A stretch of 48,134 bases of DNA from Nemertoderma westbladi. Lineage: Eukaryota; Animalia; Xenacoelomorpha. This document shows positions 1 to 10,565 of the stretch, piece by piece. The DNA lies in the NCBI GenBank assembly GCA_032718475.1, contig JAUCBJ010002798.1, positions 1-48,134 of the forward strand. Reading direction: 5' to 3'. A model generated the notes under the pieces. That model saw only the letters and a program-made list of their open reading frames with translations. It ran no database searches and was not told the origin of the DNA. The translations under genes and the position numbers were made by a program. Positions within the stretch are counted from its first letter, which is position 1; each line of letters starts with the position of its first letter.

Positions 1-55
1 CCTGGAATATAGTGTCTTTATTCAGGAACTTTATTCGTTTGAAAAAAGTGTCTCC

Positions 56-1945
56 TGCAGTATTGGCTTCTTCCTGCAGTAACAGCTTCTTCCTGCAGTA
101 TTGGTACATCAGTAATGAGTTTAGTTGGGGGAGGGGAAACATGGTCGATACTCTATTGTAGCCACTGATGACCCCTTTAGTTTTCCGTTTGGGTTCAGCT
201 TGAGCAGAGGTGATTCGGTCGATGATTACAGTGGTGATACATCTGTGTAGTGATGGGATAGGACATTCAATAGCACGAGTCAATGTTCCAATAGGCCTAC
301 TATGTTTGAAGACCTCCAGAGTTATTGGCATAGTTCCAGTTAGATGGTAGAGTGTGGAGTTTCCAACGTAGTTACCAGTATTTAGGAGGCGTCTCAATGC
401 AACCCCATAGGCAGTGTCGAGAGCCTCGAGATTATGTTGACATATTGAGCCAAATCGAATTTAAGGCGGTAGAGAACTACTGGGAGAGCCAGACTTCTCC
501 ATAGATGGAAGACAACCGATACTGGTAGCCGCCACTTGGTTGTCCATCCTTTGTGACTAAATTTGTGCCCAAGGGTGGAGATCGATCGTAGGGACTGCTT
601 AAGAGCATTACTGGTGTTAGATGGTATTATCACTATTATAGTATCTGCATAAGATAGCGCCCCTATCCATGTCGCACCAATATGGCAGCCGAGTTTTGAT
701 GCTTCCAGTTCAACCAATATGTTGGTGGTGAAAAGGTTAAAGAGGAGTGGTGAGAATAGTGATCCTTGTTTAAGGGGGGGTATACCCCCCTCAGGTAAAA
801 TTTTCAAATTGTTGTTTCTTTATCTCATTTAGAGCAGAATTTATTGAGGATTACAAATCTGAAAACCGCTTAGTGAGATATCTTTCAGTTCTCGAGATAT
901 CACTGTTTTTCCGTATGACTGTCTGTCCGTCAATTTGTAAGAAAGACAGATTACCGACAGCCAGACAAATAGACTAGATTCCACCAAAAATTAAAACTGA
1001 CACCGGAAATGAAATCAGCGACCCCGAAAACCCCAGTAATGAACATTTTAGCTCGTTGGTGTGCATCCTTCGTGCCAGAAATAATTAACCAACCAGAACG
1101 CAGACAGCCAATTTTGGCGGGACGGTTTAAACTTTGAAGGGCATTTTCTCGGAATGACATTTTTCATTTTCAAATTACTACTCCTCCGTCATATTTCAAC
1201 CAATTTTCTTCTTTTATGGCTCATTCAAACGAGCTTTGGAAGCTCTTTAAAAGTTATCTTATGGAATTTTGATAAATATTAACATTTTTAATAATTAGCC
1301 AATTTTAATTAAAAATATGATAATTAATTAATTAAATTAATTAATAAAAATAAAAATGACTAATTAAAGATTCTATAAGATAATTTTTGTAGAGTCGATC
1401 ACGCTGAGTCCAAAAAAGTTGGTTTCAAGAAATTTGGACCAAAATTGAGGGACTAGTAGCAATTTTAGTGAAATCTTTAATTAATAAGCTAAAAATTTTC
1501 AAATTTTACTATAAATGCTATTTCGCCTTCCATACAGTGGTTGACCATGACAAAATAGCAATATTATCATTTAACACTAATTGACAGCCATTTCAAAAAA
1601 AGGTTCATGGGGGGGTATACCCCCCCCCCCCCCCCCCCCCCCCGCCCCTTAACTCCTTGTGTTACTGTCTCTCCATCCACCCACATCTCGAACTTCAAGA
1701 ATATGGTACCTAGACGGAAGTAATTGAGAATTGTAGCAACTATGTGTTGATTGACGTATTCCAGCATCTTCTTCCCCAGTATTGTGAAATCCACTGAGTC
1801 AAACGCTGACTCAATGTAGAGTTGGCAAAGGAAAACCGAGCTCTTCATGTGTAGATTATGGTGCAGGCATTCCAGGACCGTTGCTATGGCAATGTCTGTT
1901 CCGATTTTATCCCGGTAGGCAGTCTGTTTATTAGAAAGCTGGTTG
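56..1945 (-). pseudogene. Decayed non-LTR retrotransposon reverse transcriptase fragment, split by a MITE
   Basis: ORF 1567-2022 carries 'SAFDSVDF...TQGV' and ORF 394-807 carries 'KQGSLFSPLLFN...LSYAD'. Removing 774-1648 and one TTAA rejoins the RT motif GVKQGS. Outer limits are approximate. Confidence 0.75.
774..1648. mobile_element. Non-autonomous TIR DNA transposon (MITE) with TTAA target-site duplication, Kolobok-like ends
   Basis: TTAA at 770-773 and 1649-1652. Termini are GGGGGGGTATACCCCCC and GGGGGGTATACCCC..C. It interrupts an RT codon run precisely. A TTAA TSD with purine 5' ends fits Kolobok better than piggyBac (inference). Confidence 0.75.
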
Positions 1946-3874
1946 TGCCAGGATTCCAAATATGTAACATAATCTAAATTTCGTCTTAAAATAGCTGAGA
2001 TATGAGCATTTAAAACTTGCATGGTTTTGCATATGAGCGAAGCTATTTTTTTATATTAAATAATAATACAACTTATTGTTCATTTGTTCACATTGAACAT
2101 TTTGCTAATGCATGAGTAACTATGTAATAGTATGATTAAAGAGGTATTACATTGTTGCCAAGTTACGTATGGGATTAAGATATCGATATTTAATTCGGGC
2201 ACGCCGACAATAAAATGAAACTATGTTAAAAGAACTTCACAGCATCAATAAGGAGTACATAGGAATAGTTAAAATCGGTTAATTAAAATACACAAAATAC
2301 GACACAAGGTTTTAAATAAAATAAAATAAACAAAATAATAATATGATAAACAGATAAACAAAATATTCCAGAATATTCCCACAATATTGCGATTAATATT
2401 CCAGAATATGTTGTTTTTATTCAATAGAATAAAATAGCCTCGCTCGCTCGCTCATATGCAAAACCATGCAAGTTTTAAACGCTCATAACTCAACTATTTT
2501 AAGACGAAATTTAAATTGTGTTACATATTTGGAATCCTTGCACAACCAGCGTTCTAATAGTGCCAACAAATCAGTATAAGGGTGAAGAATAAGTACGGTG
2601 TAACAGGTGCAATTGTAGTGCATGTCGAATAGTAAAGGAAAGGAAGCTTAGAAATAATTTAATCACAAAATCAAATTTAGTCTTTTCATAAAATTGTTAG
2701 TCGAGACATTTTACCGAGAGAGAGAAAGAGAAATAGAATAGATTTAATCTCCGGTAAAGTTATATTTGGAGACCGTAATAATAAGTTAAAAGATAGACAT
2801 TAAAAAGCAGAACTAAAACTATTATATTTCCATCATAATAAAGGCAACGTCCAAACATTTACACAATTTCGCCGGAGACACTTTTTTCAAACGCTTCTAG
2901 CTAAAGAATGAAAGCGAAAATAAAAATTCTGGCTCACCCAGTAAGGAGGAGGGAGGTGAAACTATCTCTGTTTCAAATTTCATGCAATCTCATTACGATT
3001 TTGAGAAAAATTGGGGGCGGGGGGGCATGTACCTGAATAAAGACACTATATTCCAGGACTAGGTGTAATATAGTTTAGTATACAGTAATAAAATTTCGAC
3101 ATTATTATAAAAGTTCCAAGTGGTTTCTATTAAATTATAGATATCTTATCTACTAGCTGCTCCCATTCTGGTTGACTTTCACCAAAGGAGTGGGACTGCA
3201 GAACCAGCAGTGTCTGTCTGCAATTATTACGAGAAAAGATAGTCGGGACTTCACATTTTATAAAGAAAAGGTTTTATGCATTATGCGTACAATTTCAAGG
3301 GTTGGATGTACATAAAATGTGATGAAAGTTACATTTTTCATTGACAAATTCGATTTCGAAGGTGCAGATGCTACAGTAATTAACATTCTTTCTATCTGTA
3401 CAAACTTTTGGAAACAGCGCTAGCGATGAATAATCTTGAAACATGTTGTATCGTTGAAGGGTTAATGAATACATAATTAATAATAATACATTAATACCCA
3501 AGTTGAAACATAATTCAAAAATTGTGCCCAACAGCATTAGGCTAATTAATTACTAAGCTTTAAGTAAAATCATTCATACATATTACGTAATATTATTATA
3601 CATTAATATGTAATGTTTATATTTTGAAGACCGTCAGGATTTATTACTGATGTAGGAAATAGACCGCTATGTATTATGTATATACCGAGATCTCCTCCGA
3701 AACTAGGTTACGAGTCTCTAAGAGTTACATCCACCGACGCAGTTCAACCCCAAGATGTTGAAAAGTAGTTTCAAAAAAATTTGCAAAGGGTTTGAAAGAA
3801 CTCAAAGAATCATCTAATTGCAGCTGCATTAAAATGCTAAGCAACAATATTGCGATGCCACAACCCCATATTAC

Positions 3875-4126
3875 TTATGGATCTTTGGATTTCATCACTT
3901 TTGAGAGATCATCCGCATCTTCAAGGCCAGTGTCCCTTAAGATGCGTCTCAAGAAAGTCATGGGCTGTCCACCATGCTTATTCACTCCATGAGGCTGCCA
4001 AAGTACAAGATTATGCACTGGCTGGTCCTCACGGCGAAAGCAATGTCCTGCAAAGTGGAGGCAGATCCGCCCTCTGTCCCAATTCCGAACAGTTTCACAT
4101 GTTACCTTCCGAACAAATGTTCCCAA
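3875..4126 (-). mobile_element. RTE-clade LINE 3' fragment
   Basis: Translation 'LHFAGHCFRREDQPVHNLVLWQPHG' parallels the C-terminus 'LRFSGHCWRSKDEVIPDLLLWQPTHG' of the RTE ORF at 45952-48105. Confidence 0.75.
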
Positions 4127-4669
4127 AGTGAAATAATGAATATCTAATTTTTAATTATATTTTAACATCATATTTCGGACCAAAAAATTCAGGAAAATGT
4201 CCCAAAGTAAATATTGAAGTAATGTATTACATTTTAAGTTTTATAAAACGCAAATATCTTAATTAGAATAATATTTGATCGAAACCCTCCCCAGTTAACC
4301 TTAACCATAATTGTCGTCTCCCCAACCTTATTTATGTAGCTTTTCTTCTAATTTTCTAAATGTTTACTATTTCATTAATATAAAGTAATAATCAGTAATA
4401 ATTATAGTCAATCTCATATTTATATTTTTATAGACCTTAATTTAATTAAAATGTAAGATACAGTATGATACATTTATACAAAGTTTGCTCATTCGATTTT
4501 TTGAACTGGGTTGCTAAAAGGCATAAATCGTATTTTTACTATTTCAAATTTTTGAATTTGCATTGGTTTTTATCGCAATAGTCAAATAATTTGCGTTCAT
4601 TCTTAAAAACGGTTAATGGCCTAACTTCCTACCTTATATGATTACTCTTATGCGACTAATTATTTTTAG

Positions 4670-4780
4670 GATCGTTAAAGATTACGGATCTCAAGGAATC
4701 CGATTCCGGATCCTACCGTTGCTTAGCAACTAATACATTGGGATCTGCGACATCAGAATCTATATATTTCTATGTAATGC
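4670..4780 (+). CDS. LAR-like Ig/FN3 receptor, exon A (second half of an Ig domain)
   Basis: tttttag| acceptor, |gtaagt donor, phase 1-1. Encodes SLKITDLKESDSGSYRCLATNTLGSATSESIYFYVM, with the Ig D-x-G-x-Y-x-C motif. Not in the ORF track. Confidence 0.85.
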
Positions 4781-4811
4781 GTAAGTTTATAAATCACATT
4801 AATAGATACTT

Positions 4812-6237
4812 TACCTTTTATACCCAACTCCCTGTGATTACCTATTATGCCCCCTCCCTGTGATTACCTATTATACCCCATCCCTGTGATTACCTACCTA
4901 TTATACCCCCTCCCTGTGATTACCTTCCTATTATACCCCCTCCCTGTGATTACCTATTATACCCCCTCCCTGTGATTACCTACCTATTATACCCCCTCCC
5001 TGTGATTACCTATTATACCCCCTCCCTGTGATTACCTACCTATTATACCCCCTCCCTGTGATTACCTATTATACCCCCTCCCTGTGATTACCTACCTATT
5101 ATACCCCCTCCCTGTGATTACCTACCTATTATACCCCCTCCCTGTGATTACCTACCTATTATACCCCCTCCCTGTGATTACCTATTATACCCCCTCCCTG
5201 TGATTACCTATTATACCCCCTCCCTGTGATTACCTACCTATTATGCCCCCTCCCTGTGATTACCTATTATACCCCCTCCCTGTGATTACCTACCTATTAT
5301 ACCCCCTCCTGTGATTACCTACCTATTATACCCCCTCCCTGTGATTACCTATTATACCCCCTCCCTGTGATTACCTACCTATTATACCCCCTCCCTGTGA
5401 TTACCTATTATACCCCCTCCCTGTGATTACCTACCTATTATACCCCCTCCTGTGATTACCTACCTATTATACCCCCTCCCTGTGATTACCTATTATACCC
5501 CCTCCCTGTGATTACCTACCTATTATACCCCCTCCCTGTGATTACCTACCTATTATACCCCCTCCCTGTGATTACCTATTATACCCCCTCCCTGTGATTA
5601 CCTACCTATTATACCCCCTCCCTGTGATTACCTACCTATTATACCCCCTCCCTGTGATTACCTATTATACCCCCTCCCTGTGATTACCTACCTATTATAC
5701 CCCCTCCCTGTGATTACCTACCTATTATACCCCCTCCCTGTGATTACCTATTATGCCCCCTCCCTGTGATTACCTATTATACCCCCTCCCTGTGATTACC
5801 TACCTATTATACCCCCTCCCTGTGATTACCTATTATACCCCCTCCCTGTGATTACCTACCTATTATACCCCCTCCCTGTGATTACCTATTATACCCCCTC
5901 CCTGTGATTACCTATTATACCCCCTCCCTGTGATTACCTATTATACCCCCTCCCTGTGATTACCTATTATACCCCCTCCCTGTGATTACCTATTATACCC
6001 CCTCCTTGTGATTACCTGCTTTCGCCGTGAGGACCAGCCAGTGCATAATCTTGTACTTAGGCAGCCTCATGGAGTGAATAAGCATGGTGGACAGCCAATG
6101 ACTTTCTTGAGACGCATCTTAAAGGACACTGGCCTTAAAGATGCGGATGATCTAGCAAATGTCATGGGTGATAGGGAGTTGTAATACCCCCTCCCTGTGA
6201 TTAACTATTATACCCCCTCCCTGTGATTACCTATTAT
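4812..6237. repeat. Tandem array of 26/30-bp units CCTATTATACCCCCTCCCTGTGATTA(CCTA), roughly 43 copies plus 2 beyond an insertion
   Basis: Directly visible. Two unit lengths differ by a CCTA duplication. Interrupted by an RTE fragment at 6018-6180. Confidence 0.95.
6018..6180 (+). mobile_element. RTE-clade LINE 3' fragment inserted in the minisatellite
   Basis: 6018-6153 is the reverse complement of 3906-4041 with 4 mismatches in 136 bp. Confidence 0.8.
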
Positions 6238-6658
6238 ATATTTTACCTATTTTTTAAATTGTTGGATTGTTGGGTTTAAATATTGGAGTTAATTAACTCC
6301 AATAACAGATTTTATATTCGTAAATATATGTAAAATATTATACTTCTAAAGTTAATAAAATTTTAGAAAAATTAACAAAATGTGGACTTCAAATATATAA
6401 ACTACTAAATCGATGGATAGCTCTATATAATTTTTGGTATAATTTTTCTGTAAAGGAAATTACAAAATATATTTTCATTTTATATTGACTGTTTTGAAAT
6501 TCTTTATAAAAAATGATTATATTCCTATTACGTATAATATGCAGTTTTCAACATATATTTTTAAGGAAGCTTTTGGAAATTCTAAAAGATATGATTTTCA
6601 TCCATTAATTTTTATTAGTCATTTACTGACTGTCTAACTTTGGTTTCTATATTTTTAG

Positions 6659-6810
6659 GTCGAATTTATCCCCCAAAAATAATTCGTCCACAAGCAAACG
6701 AAATATTCCAGGCTGGAGTCGATGGAAACGTGACCGTTAAATGTACGGCTTCGGGAATGCCTATACCCGCGGTGGCGTGGTATTCGTACGGGACACAAGT
6801 TACAGATAAG
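6659..6810 (+). CDS. LAR-like Ig/FN3 receptor, exon B (first half of next Ig domain)
   Basis: tttttag| acceptor, AAG|gttagc donor, phase 1-0. With exon A it reads YVMRRIYPPKIIRPQANEIFQAGVDGNVTVKCTASGMPIPAVAWYSYGTQVTDK (I-set C-x-A-x-G-x-P-x-P-x-V-x-W). Confidence 0.85.
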
Positions 6811-9536
6811 GTTAGCTAGTAGTGGGGAAGCCGGTACCAGATGGTAGGGGACACGAGTTACAGATAAGGTTAGCTAGTAGTGGGGAAGCCGGTACCAGAT
6901 GGTAGGGGACACAAGTTACAGATAAGGTTAGCTAGTAGTGGGGAAGCCGGTACCAGATGGTAGGGGACACGAGTTACAGATAAGGTTAGCTAGTAGTGGG
7001 GAAGCCGGTACCAGATGGTAGGGGACACGAGTTACAGATAAGGTTAGCTAGTAGTGGGGAAGCCGGTACCAGATGGTAGGGGACACGAGTTACAGATAAG
7101 GTTAGCTAGTAGTGGGGAAGCCGGTACCAGATGGTAGGGGACACGAGTTACAGATAAGGTTAGCTAGTAGTGGGGAAGCCGGTACCAGATGGTAGGGGAC
7201 ACGAGTTACAGATAAGGTTAGCTAGTAGTGGGGAAGCCGGTACCAGATGGTAGGGGACACGAGTTACAGATAAGGTTAGCTAGTAGTGGGGAAGCCGGTA
7301 CCAGATGGTAGGGGACGCGAGTTACAGATAAGGTTAGCTAGTAGTGGGGAAGCCGGTACCAGATGGTAGGGGACACGAGTTACAGATAAGGTTAGCTAGT
7401 AGTGGGGAAGCCGGTACCAGATGGTAGGGGACACAAGTTACAGATAAGGTTAGCTAGTAGTGGGGAAGCCGGTACCAGATGGTAGGGGACACGAGTTACA
7501 GATAAGGTTAGCTAGTAGTGGGGAAGCCGGTACCAGATGGTAGGGGACACAAGTTACAGATAAGGTTAGCTAGTAGTGGGGAAGCCGGTACCAGATGGTA
7601 GGGGACACAAGTTACAGATAAGGTTAGCTAGTAGTGGGGAAGCCGGTACCAGATGGTAGGGGACACGAGTTACAGATAAGGTTAGCTAGTAGTGGGGAAG
7701 CCGGTACCAGATGGTAGGGGACACGAGTTACAGATAAGGTTAGCTAGTAGTGGGGAAGCCGGTACCAGATGGTAGGGGACACGAGTTACAGATAAGGTTA
7801 GCTAGTAGTGGGGAAGCCGGTACCAGATGGTAGGGGACACGAGTTACAGATAAGGTTAGCTAGTAGTGGGGAAGCCGGTACCAGATGGTAGGGGACACGA
7901 GTTACAGATAAGGTTAGCTAGTAGTGGGGAAGCCGGTACCAGATGGTAGGGGACACAAGTTACAGATAAGGTTAGCTAGTAGTGGGGAAGCCGGTACCAG
8001 ATGGTAGGGGACACGAGTTACAGATAAGGTTAGCTAGTAGTGGGGAAGCCGGTACCAGATGGTAGGGGACACGAGTTACAGATAAGGTTAGCTAGTAGTG
8101 GGGAAGCCGGTACCAGATGGTAGGGGACACGAGTTACAGATAAGGTTAGCTAGTAGTGGGGAAGCCGGTACCAGATGGTAGGGGACACAAGTTACAGATA
8201 AGGTTAGCTAGTAGTGGGGAAGCCGGTACCAGATGGTAGGGGACACAAGTTACAGATAAGGTTAGCTAGTAGTGGGGAAGCCGGTACCAGATGGTAGGGG
8301 ACACGAGTTACAGATAAGGTTAGCTAGTAGTGGGGAAGCCGGTACCAGATGGTAGGGGACACGAGTTACAGATAAGGTTAGCTAGTAGTGGGGAAGCCGG
8401 TACCAGATGGTAGGGGACACGAGTTACAGATAAGGTGAGCTAGTAGTGGGGAAGCCGGTACCAGATGGTAGGGGACACAAGTTACAGATAAGGTTAGCTA
8501 GTAGTGGGGAAGCCGGTACCAGATGGTAGGGGACACAAGTTACAGATAAGGTTAGCTAGTAGTGGGGAAGCCGGTACCAGATGGTAGGGGACACGAGTTA
8601 CAGATAAGGTTAGCTAGTAGTGGGGAAGCCGGTACCAGATGGTAGGGGACACAAGTTACAGATAAGGTTAGCTAGTAGTGGGGAAGCCGGTACCAGATGG
8701 TAGGGGACACGAGTTACAGATAAGGTTAGCTAGTAGTGGGGAAGCCGGTACCAGATGGTAGGGGACACGAGTTACAGATAAGGTTAGCTAGTAGTGGGGA
8801 AGCCGGTACCAGATGGTAGGGGACACAAGTTACAGATAAGGTTAGCTAGTAGTGGGGAAGCCGGTACCAGATGGTAGGGGACACGAGTTACAGATAAGGT
8901 TAACTAGTAGTGGGGAAGCCGGTACCAGATGGTAGGGGACACGAGTTACAGATAAGGTTAGCTAGTAGTGGGGAAGCCGGTACCAGATGGTAGGGGACAC
9001 GAGTTACAGATAAGGTTAGCTAGTAGTGGGGAAGCCGGTACCAGATGGTAGGGGACACGAGTTACAGATAAGGTTAGCTAGTAGTGGGGAAGCCGGTACC
9101 AGATGGTAGGGGACACGAGTTACAGATAACGTTAGCTAGTAGTGGGGTAGCCGGTACCAGATGGTAGGGGACACGAGTTACAGATAAGGTTAGCTAGTAG
9201 TGGGGAAGACGGTACCAGATGGTAGGGGACACGAGTTACAGATAAGGTTAGCTAGTAGTGGGGAAGACGGTACCAGATGGTAGGGGACACGAGTTACAGA
9301 TAACGTTAGCTAGTAGTGGGGTAGCCGGTACCAGATGGTAGGGGACACGAGTTACAGATAAGGTTAGCTAGTAGTGGGGAAGACGGTACCAGATGGTAGG
9401 GGACACGAGTTATAGATAAGAATAGCTAGTAGTGGGGAAGCCGGTACCAGATGGTAGGGGACACAAGTTACAGATAAGGTTAACTAGTAGTGGGGAAGCC
9501 GGTACCAGATGGTAGGGGACACGAGTTACAGATAAG
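6811..9536 (+). repeat. Tandem array of 47 x 58-bp units, each containing the exon B 3' end and splice donor
   Basis: Unit GTTAGCTAGTAGTGGGGAAGCCGGTACCAGATGGTAGGGGACACRAGTTACAGATAAG. (9537-6811)/58 = 47. The last 21 nt of the unit match the last 21 nt of exon B. Confidence 0.95.
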
Positions 9537-9716
9537 GTAAGCTAATTGGCATACAGTACAAGACCTTTGTTATATTAACTGTAACTATGTGTATCGTTTT
9601 CTATTTTCTAAGTTTGTAATTGTATAGTTAGAACGTGCGATTCGTGCTTTCGAAGTGTTCTATTTGTTTATTTCAATACGCCATGACTACAAGCTCACTT
9701 ACCCATTACATTCTAG

Positions 9717-9834
9717 AATGACGGAAACAGTGTTTTGAATGTATCGGGTCTGGATGTCACAACCAATTACAGCTGCATCGCTACAAACGAACAGGGAAAG
9801 GCCCCTCCGAGAAAAATCACCGTTTACATTCCGA
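9717..9834 (+). CDS. LAR-like Ig/FN3 receptor, exon C (second half of Ig domain)
   Basis: ttctag| acceptor, |gttagt donor, phase 0-1. Encodes NDGNSVLNVSGLDVTTNYSCIATNEQGKAPPRKITVYIP. Confidence 0.85.
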
Positions 9835-10265
9835 GTTAGTTGCACCTCTAAATGTTATTGATTGTTTGTGTGTCGAGCCACTCACTACTAAAGAGTGTGC
9901 ATTAATACACCAGTACCAAGAGAGAACTTTCTGTCGTCGTCGCTGAAGTATTCGAAGGCTAATTACTCACTCAATATTTAATGAATTAAATCAAACTTGG
10001 TAAACATGTCAAAATATTTGATATTCGACAGTCAGCTTGTGCTACGAGGAGCCGAAGAAAGTTTCACTTGTAACTAACCTCTACATTTTAAGTGTCAAAT
10101 ATAATTTTATTTTGAAACTCGTATTTTGAAATATAACATATTTTATCTCCTTCCATAGAAATACCGTAAATAATTTAACTATACATTATAACTATGTTCA
10201 AACTATATTCCACACTGTTTTATATTCGTCAACCAATACTATGACGTCATTAATCCCCGAATAGT

Positions 10266-10565
10266 TTAGCTCGCGACATGGTTGTTGAAGATCCGAATGT
10301 TTCGCGTCCTCATCTCCATGGTTACCCCTATCCCAAGGGGTCGGAATTGCATTCGATTAAGCCGAACTAATTTTCGGACCACATGGATTCCGAGAATCAG
10401 AAACACAAGAATGATGAGGCTGATATAAACCGAGAAGATGTAAATGATGGGTGATACCGGTTCAGGTGACTGCGGTGTTGGTGTTCCGATATCAGGAGCT
10501 GTTGTCTGATTCCCTTGAAACACGAATACACGAAAAATATCGCTCCAGTTGTCATGGGAACTCAT
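10266..10565 (-). CDS. Candidate 99-aa single-pass (type III-like) membrane protein, nested antisense
   Basis: True ATG with A at -3, NQT sequon, Pro/Thr-rich stalk, ~24-aa hydrophobic stretch followed by RKLVRLNR. GC is visibly higher than the flanks. A pyrimidine-rich acceptor (cttctctttcag) lies 31 nt upstream of the ATG. No family recognised. Confidence 0.5.
   Translation of the reverse strand: MSSHDNWSDIFRVFVFQGNQTTAPDIGTPTPQSPEPVSPIIYIFSVYISLIILVFLILGIHVVRKLVRLNRMQFRPLGIGVTMEMRTRNIRIFNNHVAS

Larger units (their letters stand above)
1..3058. mobile_element. Disrupted fold-back/MITE-like DNA element with long inverted arms, hosting later insertions
   Basis: 1-26 (CCTGGAATATAGTGTCTTTATTCAGG) is the reverse complement of ~3032-3057. 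~36-55 is the reverse complement of ~2874-2893. ~1929-2040 and ~2448-2559 form a ~110-bp inverted pair with about 7 mismatches. The left end may lie outside the window. Confidence 0.6.

Noticed and set aside
1621-1648. Long C/G homopolymers (also ~24895, ~28684, ~45300) as functional elements
   Set aside because: Several coincide with MITE termini, and homopolymer length is unreliable in assemblies.
6811-9536. CRISPR-like appearance of the regular arrays (also 20653-22094 and 40941-42658)
   Set aside because: Units are contiguous and near-identical with no unique spacers, there are no cas genes, and the context is eukaryotic.
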